A stretch of 57,959 bases of DNA, counting the filler, from Callorhinchus milii (Eukaryota): NCBI RefSeq assembly GCF_018977255.1. It is 2 parts of 2 records of this genome, joined end to end, with 100 filler letters (N's around TTAATTAATTAA, not from the genome) between each part and the next. Parts side by side here need not be neighbours in the genome. Positions count along the whole stretch, not along the records: positions 1 to 28,991 come from NW_024705661.1; 1 more part is not named here. One strand, 5' to 3'. Under the pieces are notes generated by a model, which saw only the letters and a list, made by a program, of their open reading frames with translations, did no database searches and was not told the origin of the DNA. Both the position numbers and the translations under genes were made by a program. Below, one piece after another: positions 1-10,515 of the stretch; within the stretch, counting starts at the first letter, position 1, and each line of letters opens with the position of its first letter.

Positions 1-178
1 TTGCTCAGGATTTTATGTTGTGAAATTTGTTTTAAAAAATTACATTGTAAAAGTTTTCCAATGTTTATTTCTAGATTTGAAGCTTTGGTGACTGCAAGGA
101 TTCATACTCTTAGTTCTTTCGGTAAAGTCACGTAGGTAAAAAATGAAATTAAAATTAATAAAAATAAAACAATAAAAT

Positions 179-219
179 CAAGACGTTTCGGAGGCAACAC
201 AAGTCTCCGTCATCAGGTG
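179..219 (-). ncRNA. Minimal type-I hammerhead ribozyme motif (pLTR copy; stem-I mismatch next to the cleavage site)
   Basis: Minus strand reads cac-CTGATGA-c-ggagac-ttgtgtt-gcctcc-GAAA-CGTC-ttg. Both conserved core boxes are present. Confidence 0.75.
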
Positions 220-563
220 GGACCGTCACAGCCAGATTAGCTGCATCAAGTGAGGCAGAGATTCCAAGATGCAAGCCCTTAAATACAAGTTGGTGGGGGA
301 GGAGAGGGGGGGGAGCTTATCAGAATGTGGTAGCCAATGAATGGAACGTATCGGGAGGGAGGGGGGCGGGGATAAAAGAAGGCACTAAGTGCTGCGTAGA
401 ACGTATCGGGAGGGGCTAAAAGAAGGCACTTAGTGCTACGTAGGCGTCGGCAACGTGGACGTGTTTGTGTGAAAGTAACTATTGTTGCACATGCTAACGT
501 ATTGGACGAGGAGGGGGGGGGCTAAAAGAGAGTACGGGGTGCAAGTGTACGTGGACATGTATA

Positions 564-1141
564 TGTAGAGGTGTTACGGGAGGGCAAACAAACACACCGG
601 GCGTGGTTATGCCCGTACGCGAAGAGATGCTTACATCCACGTCCGCACCGTTTAGCCTGGGGGGCTAATACGGCGCTGGGATCCCCCACGGCCCCACCCC
701 TCGGTGGGGGAGTTGCTATATAAGGCGGTGAGCCGGAGGGCTCGGGGTTCAGTGTTCAGCTTAAAGCAGCGAAGAAAGAAGACCGGCTAGATAGGCCCTG
801 GGACTCCCCTGGATCGCCGTCCTTCTCAGGACCGACCAGGGCAAGCCAGTGGCGTGGCCCCGAGAGCCCAGAGCCGATGTTCTTCTAAGAGCCGGTCTGG
901 GGACTCAGGGTGCCGTAATCCCAGCTTAACCAGAGCTGGGTCAGCTCGCCTCCCCTAGCCCTGTAGTGGAGGACCTAGGAGTAGGCTAGCCGGGACAGAG
1001 ATTGTGGGATCTCCCTGTTAGACGGGTGAAGGGGCCGATACCCCTTCGAGTGTTGTATATCTCGGCCTGTAAAATACAACTGTGGTCAATAAATAAGTGT
1101 GCCTCCGACTATGTCGTCCAAGTCTCCTTGAACCTACTACA
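564..1141 (+). mobile_element. Solo LTR (578 bp), probably Gypsy-type
   Basis: Termini are TGTAG...CTACA. A 4-bp TATA duplication lies at 560-563 and 1142-1145. TATATAA at 717 and AATAAA at 1088. Removing it restores the continuous pLTR sequence. Confidence 0.8.
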
Positions 1142-1190
1142 TATATGTACAAGCACCTGTTGATACACATGATAGAAAAGAACGAAATGC

Positions 1191-1480
1191 CCAATACGTT
1201 AGCACGTGCAACAAAAGTTACTTTCACACAAACACGTCCACGTCGCCGACGCCTACGTAGCACTTCGTGCCTTCTTTTAGCCCTGCCCCCCTCCCTCCCG
1301 ATACGTTCCATTCATTGGCTACCACATTCTGATAAGCCCCCCCCTCTCCTCCCCCCCCCAACTTGTATTTAAGGGCTTGCATCTTGGAATCTCTGCCTCA
1401 CTTGATGCAGCTAATCTGGCTGTGTGACGGTCCCACCTGATGACGGAGACTTGTGTTGCCTCCGAAACATCGTGATTTTA
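1191..1480 (+). mobile_element. Direct-orientation partial Penelope pLTR abutting the inverted copy
   Basis: Matches about 6757-7100 and is an inverted repeat of about 175-505. Confidence 0.8.
1434..1474 (+). ncRNA. Minimal type-I hammerhead ribozyme motif (helix III palindrome mutated, CGTC to CATC)
   Basis: cac-CTGATGA-c-ggagac-ttgtgtt-gcctcc-GAAA-CATC-gtg. Confidence 0.7.
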
Positions 1481-1985
1481 TTTTTCCAATGTTATTGAAA
1501 AAATATATCATATATGAAAAATGTTGCGAGAATCTCTTACACATTAGTCATGGGTGAAATAAATGTATTTTTGTAGGATGGTATTGAGGGGAAAAGAGAG
1601 CCATGAAGTTCGCTATCCCAAGAATTTGGCAAGAACCCACTGACCACTCAAGTAACTGCTACTTCTGCATGGTGGACCCTTCCAAACGTAGGACTGGCAA
1701 GAATGCACCTATCACCTTCCTTCATCCATCACCCCGGCGCCACACTGCCATGAGCTCCCCGTACCCACTCCTCCGGAGAGAGAGCAGCCGTCTTTAGAAG
1801 AGAGCAGCAAGTCAGAGCGCAAGGAAGACATTGTAGATCCAGATGACAATTTCAGAGGTGGAGCTGAGGAGAGAAACCCAGACCTCAACGACTTGATCAG
1901 AGATCTTGGTCTCACCAAGTCCAATGCTAGGCTTTTGACGTCTAGGCTCAAGCAGTGGAACTTGTTGGATGAAAGTGTGCAAGTT
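1480..1985 (+). mobile_element. Chapaev3 (CMC superfamily) DNA transposase fragment, degenerate
   Basis: Peptides MKFAIPRIWQEPTDHSSNCYFCM and DLNDLIRDLGLTKSNARLLTSRLKQWNLLDESVQV match, from recall, the N-terminal motifs of Chapaev3 transposases. Preceded by an acceptor-like tttttgtag at about 1576. Frameshifted and truncated. Confidence 0.7.
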
Positions 1986-2502
1986 GCAAGTAACTTTCGA
2001 CCTTGCGATTGCCCAGGGGTAGTGGTGCCGGCGACGACGGCGGAGGTGACAGTGATGACGATGACGGCGGTGATGGCGTTGATGTCGAAGTGCGGAGGAG
2101 CTGCGATTCCGTCACCGGTAATCTGATGCCACCTGGCAGGGGATGAGAGAATCAGTTTCATTATTCAGTTTTCGTGTCTATTTAACTGTGGCATAATTAT
2201 TTGTTGCCGCGTGTGATTTCAATGTCTGATATGCAACAAATATTGTGCCAAATGTAACCAAAATTGTGCTGTTCTGGTTATGCATTGGGTGGCGTGTCGA
2301 GACGTGAAGCATCCATTAGGAACTATATTTTCAGCGAGCAGTGCACATTTGTGACGGCGAACGACCCTCGGGATCGGACATGACAAAAATACTCCTGAGA
2401 ATCTGTTATCCGATTGGTTGAGTAATCGAACCGGTAATTGGTAGGGAAATCAATCACTCAAATCACTCAAATAAAACATACAATAAGATATCGCAGCTCT
2501 AG

Positions 2503-2762
2503 CGGTGAGTGATGCAGGGTGTAGTGGTGGTGAGCGGTGCGGGGTGTGGTGGTGAGCGGTGCAGGGTGTAAGATGGTGAGCGGTGCAGGGTATGGTGGTG
2601 GTGAGCAGTTCAGGGTGTGGTGGCGAGTTGTAGCGAGTTGTGACGTGTCTTGGTGGTGAGTTGCGGGGAATGGTGGTGAGTTGTGGGGAGTGGTGGCGAG
2701 TTGTGGTGAGTTGTGGCGAGTTGTGACGTGTCTTGGTGGTGAGTTGTGGGGAGTCGTGGTAG
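2503..2762. repeat. GT-rich minisatellite (about 10-bp GGTGAGTTGT-type unit with higher-order blocks)
   Basis: Repeated ggtggtgagttgt, ggcgagttgt and gtgagcggtgc units. Confidence 0.8.
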
Positions 2763-4301
2763 ATGGCACCGCTCACCTAACCGTGCGTGGGACGTCTCTC
2801 TGTGCCACGTTGCGCGTGCGAACCACACAGCGAGCAGCACCGCCCCGACGAACGGGAGGAGGAGGAGCCGGAGTCATTAGAGGGATCCTAGGAGTGCGCG
2901 TGGGGGAGGGACATGGGGAAGAGAGCCAAGCAGAGCGGCTTAGGACAGACATTACGGACTCGACTCCCCAGCAACTTATACCCTGGGATTCATTTTCTAA
3001 ATGCTGCTAGGCTGGCTTGCAAGTAGGCACTTGGCATTAGGCACTCCCACTAGAACACAAGGTATCCCTGGTCCACAATAATCCGATATTATTGTGCCAT
3101 GCAATCCTATCTTGGGTAGCGAAAACAACAGTCGTTGCCTTATGGACAGACCCCCCCCCCTCCCACCATAGGAATGTGTAATTTCCACCGCTGGTTCTCA
3201 GCTGCAAACCAGAAATGAGTACCTCTGTAACTCTCATTTGAGCTGGAAATCACTTTGCCTTTAAAACATAGATATGTGTATTATATTATTCCTACACGGG
3301 TTTACCGTGGAAAGCCTCACTATATTTTCCTTCCTTTGGAGGGCCCTGCCAAGTTTCCGCAGGAAGGGGGCGGTAATTGCTCTGAACAATGCCAATTGAT
3401 TAACTCGACTGACATTGCTATGGAACCTACGAACAGGTTCCTGAGTGTAAGACGCTCGGGGGGGGGGGGGGGCAGCGTTGATGGCAGTGGCTATCGTGAC
3501 AGGACACCAACAGGGCGACCTGAACACCGGAACCCTGTTCCGGCTAAAAGAATGATCACAGCTAACCCCGCGCGGCATCTCCCGTAACCTGTCAGGGGAT
3601 TCAATCCCAAAATGTACTGATTACGAAGATAACGTGAAAGAAAACAAATCAATGGTCCCCGACAGAAGTCTTGGAAGGGGGAGTGGGGGAGTAAGTGACA
3701 TGGTCCGAGTCATTGTGTGGCTGGCTAATGGCTTAGCAATCGCGCTAGAGACAACACGAGTGGCTTACAGGCGAATTGGTAGGGAGAGAGATGAGGGCGA
3801 TGGCGACGCACGCCTGTAATATGGCACCGTAGAGGCAGCAGCAGTGAGGGTTGGTGGGTCTCACACAGATGGTGTCAAACTTCCTTCCCGTGGGCGTCGA
3901 GGAGGAACCCGTGCCCTGGCTCCTCAGGAGGAAGCGGTGCAGCAAGAACGTGGACTCCACTTGTGACGTCCGTACGGGATAGTGGAGTGCCCCTAGCATG
4001 CGTGGGGTTTCTCCTGGTGCACCGATTGGTTGGCTGCGGACCGCAAACACTTGGACAATTGAACCTTATGGCGGACCCCAGGGTCTCGAATAAACGGAAG
4101 TCAAAATCGTAAATAATTAATTAATGGTCATTCCATCCCACCGCGCACATAAACGCCGCGACCAGTCTGGCGCGGATCATTCTGTTGTCGTGTCCAAGCG
4201 CAGCAGCAAGGACGAATGAGCAGAAGAGCTGAACAAGGGAATGCACTCCATGCTCGGGTATGGGCAGGATCATAAGTCTTATCCAAAGCTGATCAAACTG
4301 C

Positions 4302-6526
4302 TTGTTACCTTGTTATCTCCGCATAATACCCATCGCTTTCACACTCACATCCGCTGCTGTGTCCTCACCGAACTCTAAACAGATCTTATTTAAAGCTAGC
4401 CTAACACTAATCTCTGAGAAAATAAGGTTACTCCGATCTGAACTCGATCATTTAGACAAGGCTCTCTTACAAACACATTTAATGTTAACACAAAAAATGT
4501 CACCTTCCAATTGGAACCACGTTGATAACATGACTTTTGCTTCTGCTGACTCAATGTCAGACAAATGCAAAGCTAACTTGATTTCTAAATTCAACCTCCT
4601 ATCTAAGAAGAAACCAGAGCCACACATCGCAAAGCTGGATGTTAACAAGACCGTGATTAATCAGAGTAACATCCCAATTTCTGACAATCTAAAAACGGTA
4701 CTGGCCAAAGGACTAAATTTCGCCGTCACCCCTAAATATATACCAGTAGAGGATATGATTTCTCAGATTGATGTAGCCCTCAGAGGCATAGGACACATCC
4801 ATGCGGATGTAGCAAGAGCTGAAATAGCTACTATTCTTAAGAATGCTAAGAAACCCACTAGTAACATCAGCAAAAACGAACGCTCTGAACTCGCGGACCT
4901 AAAAAAGAGAGATGATATAGTCATCCTCTCGGCAGACAAGGGCAATGCCACGGTCATCATGGATAAAGATTCATACAACAACAAAATCCTGGACCTTCTT
5001 AATGATGGGAGTTACTCCAAAATTAAAAACGATCCTACTAAAAGCCTAACGACAAAAACCAACAGTATCATCAGGAGTTCGACTTCCCTAATCGAACCAA
5101 GCAAACGTCCCTCTCTAAAACCATCGGCGGCTAGACCTCCCAGACTCTATGGTCTTCCCAAAATCCATAAAGAAGGCACCCCGCTACGACCCATCGTGTC
5201 GACGATAAACTCTCCTACGTACAAACTAGCCCGTTTTCTATCAGATACTCTGCTTCCCTTCACAGGCAAGACCTCTTCGGCAGTACTCAACTCAACCCAA
5301 TTAGTCTCTATGGTTAAGGACATGGTACTATCTCCTGATGACATCCTCGTCAGCTTTGATGTAGTATCTGTTTACCAAAGTCCCAGTACCGGACACCCTA
5401 ACAATAATTGAGGACTTAGTCCAACATGGATTGAATTCTGATGTACCTGCGCTGGTTAGGCATTGCCTCACCAACACCTATTTTATCTGGAATAGCACCT
5501 TCTACAAACAGAATGAGGGTACCCCTATGGGCTCCCCCTTGTCACCAGTTATAGCCAACATGTTCATGGAAAAGTTTGAATCAGACGCCATACAGACATC
5601 CACCCTGCATCCTTCCCTGTGGAAGAGGTATGTGGATGACACTTTCGTCATCTGGCCACATGGCCTCCCAGCATTGAACCACTTCTTGGACCACATCAAT
5701 TCTAGACACCCATCCATCAGATTCACCATGGAAGTGGAGAAAGACGGTAATCTATCATTCTTGGATATTCTGTTTGAGAGGAGGCCTGACGGATCCTTGG
5801 GACATTCCGTCTACAGGAAAGCCACCCACACAGATTCCTACTTGAAACCGGATCCACCCATCTCAAAATAATTCTCTCATCAAAACGCTATACCACAGAG
5901 CCCATGGCATTTCTGACCAACACCACCTGACCGGTGAATTAAGACATGTACATCGGGCCCTCAGGATGAACGGATACTCTGACCGCACTATCCGCCAAGC
6001 TGTTTCTCCCACCACACAGAAACAGCCACATGAAACTCCGACCAAAACTATCACGTTACCATACATAGCAGGCGTGATCAAAAAGATCTCCAAAATTCTA
6101 AACAAACATAAGATCCAAGTCCGATTCAGTACAGTGCATAAAATCCGTGATATGATTCCATCTGTGAAGGATGTCGTTCCTGACTTACAGTATCCTGGAG
6201 TCTACAAATTGAGTTGCATTTGTGGTGATTGCTACATTGGAGAAACGAAACGTCATGTTTCTGATCGTGTCCGCGAGCACAAGTCAGATCTGAAACACGG
6301 CAGAACTGATTCTTCGGCCGTTGCCGATCACCGCTACAACTCGGTGGGCTCTCATGAAATTGTCTTTTCCGAGACCAAGGTTCTCTGCAAACCTCCTGGC
6401 TACCATCAAAGGTTTGTACACGAAGCCATACAAATATACAAACGCAGACATAATTTCAACCGTGATGATGGGTACAAACTTAGTAATCATTGGAAAGATG
6501 TTATCAACCACGCAAAAAAGACTTAA
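4302..6526 (+). pseudogene. Penelope RT-GIY-YIG ORF broken into three pieces (4302-5411, 5431-5871, 5966-6526)
   Basis: RT motifs: ADKGNATV, PRLYGLPKIHK, LRPIVS, SFDVVS, GTPMGSPLSP, RYVDD, FLD, VYRKATHTD. Endonuclease motifs: GVYKLSCICGDCYIGET...RVREH...SAVADH...NFNRDDG. A frameshift at about 5370 (FDVVS/FTKVPV continues in another frame) and a deletion at about 5850-5875. Confidence 0.92.
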
Positions 6527-7056
6527 TTACACATTTTTGGACCATCTTATCTGACAGGCACTATTTTACTTTACTTTACCGAGTGTTAACATCCCCAGTG
6601 TTTAACAGTACTCTCTTTATTGTTCAGCCAGCACTGGTATAAACATCGGCATTTTCGTTCTTTTCTATCATGTGTATCAACAGGTGCTTGTACACACACA
6701 TGTCCACGTACACTTGCACCCCACACTCTCTTTTGGCCTCCCCTCCCCTTCTCTGTCCAATACGTTGGCGTGTGCAACAATAGTTGCTTGCGCACAACCA
6801 CGTCCACGCCGCCAACACTCGTGTACCACGTCGCCCATCCTTTTGGCCCCGCCCCCCTCCCCCTCCCGATACGTTCTACGTAGCACTTCGTGCCTTCTTT
6901 TAGAGCCCCGCCCCACTCCCTCCCGATACGTTCCATTCATTGGCTACCACATTCTGATGAGCTCCCCCCCTCTCCTCCCCCCCTCAACTTGCATTTAAGG
7001 GATTACATCTTGAATCCTTGCCTCACTTGATGCAGAAAATCTGGCTGTGACGGTCC

Positions 7057-7097
7057 CACCTGATGACGGAGACTTGTGTTGCCTCCGAAACGTCGTG
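7057..7097 (+). ncRNA. Minimal type-I hammerhead ribozyme, intact core
   Basis: Stem I cac/gtg; CTGATGA at 7060-7066; one extra C; stem II ggagac/gcctcc with loop ttgtgtt; GAAA at 7087-7090; palindromic ACGT helix III; GTC cleavage triplet ending at 7094. Confidence 0.85.
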
Positions 7098-7777
7098 ATT
7101 TTTATTTTATTTTACTTTTATTAATTTTAATGTTTTACCCACGTGACTTTACCGAAAAAAACCTAAGAATATGAATCCTTGCAGTCACGAAAGCTTCAAA
7201 TCTAGAATTACTGCTCTCTTATCTTCATTGGTGACCTACCAATGTCTGCAGCCAGGATCAATCGATGACAATCCTATTACCTGCAGATATTTAACAGATG
7301 ATATGTGTGGCACCATTAATTCCTCTTGTTTAAACCTTCTCTTGTCCGTATACATCTGTGCAGATTGTTTTTGCGGTTAAGCCATAGTCCCCACATATCG
7401 CTCGTATCAAAGCGGATAAGGGGAGCGGCGACCCACTACTCTGTAGAGTAACATCGATATAACCGCTTGTTACAATATGAACAGCGAATTGAAAATGCGC
7501 ACTATTTTACGTACTATTTACAACGTGTGTTCACAAATCCACACTGAGAAACACGATGATTGACAGAGGGGTGTAAAATTTTTTTTTCGATAGTGTATTT
7601 AAATACAGGTACTGCAGGTAAGCAGTTTTCAGTTTTAAAGGTATCGTTTAACAAGACAACACTTGCCACCATCCTTCAAACCCATTGGTGAAAAAGAGCA
7701 AACATTTTGTTCATATTGTTTACTTTATGGTTCTTTCGGTAAAGCCACGTAGAAAGAAAATACATTAAATAATAGAA

Positions 7778-7818
7778 TACGACGTTTCGATTGCAACACA
7801 AGCAACCATCATCAGGTA
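7778..7818 (-). ncRNA. Minimal type-I hammerhead ribozyme from a diverged pLTR family
   Basis: Minus strand reads tac-CTGATGA-t-ggttgc-ttgtgtt-gcaatc-GAAA-CGTC-gta. Stems covary relative to the 7057 copy. Confidence 0.8.
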
Positions 7819-8002
7819 CGAATGAATGAGAAAACAAGCATAGTAAACTTAGAAATATAATGCAACACAACCCAGAGAGTCGGCTAACACAAGAGTCAAC
7901 ATCCTACCTGGCTGATGAACCTTGATTTGAAGCTTTCGTGACTGCAGGAATCCACTCTTTGGTTCTTGCGGTAAAGTGACGTGGGTAGAAAATCAACTAC
8001 AT

Positions 8003-8043
8003 CACGACGTCTCGAACGCAACACAAGCGTCCGTCTTCAGGCG
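8003..8043 (-). ncRNA. Hammerhead motif from a third pLTR family (core GAAA changed to GAGA)
   Basis: Minus strand reads cgc-CTGAAGA-c-ggacgc-ttgtgtt-gcgttc-GAGA-CGTC-gtg. Confidence 0.65.
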
Positions 8044-8851
8044 AAACGTCGCGACTTACTTTACTTTATTTATAGCGACGTGACTTTACCGCGAGAACCA
8101 GAGAGTTTGGTTGATGGACGTTCTTCCAAAGAATGCTACATTTGCGAGAGACTAAACATAGACACGGAGACACACAGACAGACACACAAGTAGAGAGAGA
8201 ACACACAGTGAAGATGCTTGACAGGCTGCTGCTGCTGCTGCTACTGATTGAAGGCCTCTCCACACCGTGATGAACAAATGGTAAACGCCTGTTAGGCCCA
8301 AAACGACGAGAGGCCAGCACTAAACAATGGCTTAAACAATTGTCACAAACATATAATTATCTTCATATTGTTAGTTCCAAATAAATACGAAATGCTAAAG
8401 TTACTTCATTTGCGCTGCTTACAATGTCGTCCAGCAGAGCATCGCATGGTCAAGGCCGAGTTTAAGAATAGAAGGCCAATTTGAAAAGATCATCAATAAG
8501 AGAGGCTTCATCGATCTCGTGAACATGATGTATCGTGCAATCCGCACCACCCGACACAGTCAATTAGCAAGGTTTGCCACGTAAAGAAGGCGATTAAAGG
8601 TAATAACTGTACATGTCGTGGGTTTACTCTCCAACACACTATTTGGTGTTTAGTTTACGTGACAAACCTTACTCATTGGATGTGTCGGGTGGTGGCGGGC
8701 TTAACGACACATTCATATTCACGCGATCCAATCCACAAACCTCTACTATCGATTATATTGGTCGCGAAAACATCCTCCACTTTGTTAAACTTGACAACCT
8801 CAGATCGCGGTCGTTTACCAACGATGCGAGCCCGAGGCCTGGCGCAGGAGG

Positions 8852-9403
8852 CCTCCACCTCCACCACCACCAACACCACCACCTCCACCACCTCCATCAC
8901 CACCTCCACCACCACCACCTCCACCACCACCTCCACCACCTCCACCACCACCACCTCCACCACCACCACCACCTCCACCACCACCTCCACCACCACCTCC
9001 ACCACCACCTCCACCACCACCTCCACCACCACCACCTCCACCACCACCTCCACCACCACCTCCACCACCACCTCCACCACCACCACCACCTCCACCACCA
9101 CCTCCACCACCACCTCCACCACCACCACCTCCACCACCACCTCCACCACCACCTCCACCACCACCTCCACCACCACCTCCACCACCACCACCACCTCCAC
9201 CACCACCACCTCCACCACCACCTCCACCACCACCTCCACCACCACCACCTCCACCACCACCACCTCCACCACCACCATTCCACCACCACCTCCACCACCA
9301 CCTCCACCACCACCACCTCCATCACCACCACCACCACTTCCTCCACCACCACCTCCTCCACCACCACCACCTCCACCACCATTTCCACCACCACCACCTC
9401 CAC
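8852..9403. repeat. (CCA)n/(CCT) triplet microsatellite, about 550 bp
   Basis: Near-pure ccaccaccacct reiteration. Confidence 0.95.
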
Positions 9404-9604
9404 TCGTAGCAGCAGCAGCAGCGGCAGCAGCTGGGCCCGCGTTGGCCTTGCCACTGATCACACGACGAGGCGATTGCTTGGGTCGTCGCGATTAACGGTC
9501 GCGATTCTAATCAGTAATCGATTTCTCTCCAGCCCACTCTCTCCACTTCGTATTTACTCTTCTATCGATCTGGCGTGCCCACTGTTGCTCGCTCTATCAG
9601 CCTC

Positions 9605-9634
9605 NNNNNNNNNNNNNNNNNNNNNNNNNNNNNN
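9605..9634. other. Assembly gap (30 N)
   Basis: Run of N. Confidence 0.95.
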
Positions 9635-10165
9635 ACTTGAGGCAGGGGCAAGTTCCCACCATTGCCCGAACTGGGCCAGATCGGCCACTAGGGAAGGGCG
9701 GAGTCGAATGTAATCAAATGGCTCCTAGGTCGGTTTACCGATGACTAGCGATATTAGCAACCAAGGCACCTTCAGTGGTGAGTGAGCACATAGCCGGAGA
9801 GTCCGACCACCTTTTCGCATCCGGACTATGGAGGAGATTCCTATGTGCGGGAGACGGCGGACCATTAGATGACGGCCACACCTTCAATCTAAGTAAGCGA
9901 TGCAACTGGGAACGGGGCAAAATACGATAAGGACGAGGAAGGTACTTAGTCGTGCCCTGCGGGTAGATCACTACCCCCTTCATCTCTTATGTTAATCGGG
10001 ATCCCCTAGTACACGAGTTGTCCCTGACCGCTCCTAGAGAGCACACGCCTGGGCATTTTGCAACACACAGCTCTCTGAGGATTTTCAAGACAGCTTGAAG
10101 GGACAGCAAGGTACAGGAACGAGGTAGGAGCGGAGCTGAACGCAACAACCCTAAGCAGCGCCTCG

Positions 10166-10343
10166 ATCTTGATCCTCATCTTCCTCAATCTTCCTCCTAC
10201 ATCTTGATCCTTCTCAATCTTCCTCCTACATCTTGATCCTTCTCCTCAATCTCCCTCCTACATCTTGGTCCTTCTCCTCAATCTTCCTCCTACATCTTGA
10301 TCCTTCTCCTCAATCTTCCTCCTCCTCAATCTTGATCCTCCTC
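10166..10343. repeat. CT-rich minisatellite (about 30-bp unit atcttcctcctacatcttgatccttctcctca)
   Basis: About five degenerate copies immediately upstream of a GC-rich putative first exon. Confidence 0.8.
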
Positions 10344-10462
10344 GTCGGCGATCTTCGTCGCTACCCGAAGGGCGATCTTCGACCTTCGCGTTGTGCCGCC
10401 TCGACTCGCCTCTCGTGCCCCCTCCCTCCCTCCCTCCCCCCGTGCGGACGAGCGGCCCCGCC

Positions 10463-10515
10463 ATGGGAGCGTGCTGCTCCTGCACTCGGCAGGGCGAGCG
10501 TCCCCGCAAGAAGAG
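10463..10515 (+). CDS. Putative first coding exon of an unknown gene (MGACCSCTRQGERPRKK + AG)
   Basis: Strong Kozak context (cccgccATGG) in CpG-rich sequence; consensus donor AG|GTGAGT at 10516; MGxxxS myristoylation pattern with adjacent Cys residues and a basic patch. Confidence 0.6.

Larger units (their letters stand above)
69..1190 (-). mobile_element. Inverted Penelope-like pseudo-LTR (pLTR), interrupted by a solo LTR
   Basis: 69-563 plus 1146-1190 is the reverse complement of about 6648-7207, the 3' tail of the Penelope element (e.g. ttctagatttgaagcttt vs aagcttcaaatctagaa; gtacaagcacctgttgatacacatgatagaaaagaacg vs cgttcttttctatcatgtgtatcaacaggtgcttgtac). Confidence 0.85.
4285..7207 (+). 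mobile_element. Penelope-like retroelement (Penelope/Poseidon type), 5'-truncated, with 3' pLTR
   Basis: RT followed by a C-terminal GIY-YIG endonuclease and an approximately 680-bp tail containing a hammerhead motif. Confidence 0.92.

Noticed and set aside
3634..4250. GC-rich stretch with short ORFs upstream of the Penelope ORF
   Set aside because: No recognisable protein motif or consistent exon structure.
8613..9713. Long poly-His, poly-Thr/Pro and poly-Val ORFs
   Set aside because: By-products of a stop-free CCA/CCT microsatellite; no domain or splice support.
9635..10160. Possible LTR-retrotransposon internal fragment
   Set aside because: Could not find a primer-binding site, terminal repeats or convincing gag/pol motifs.
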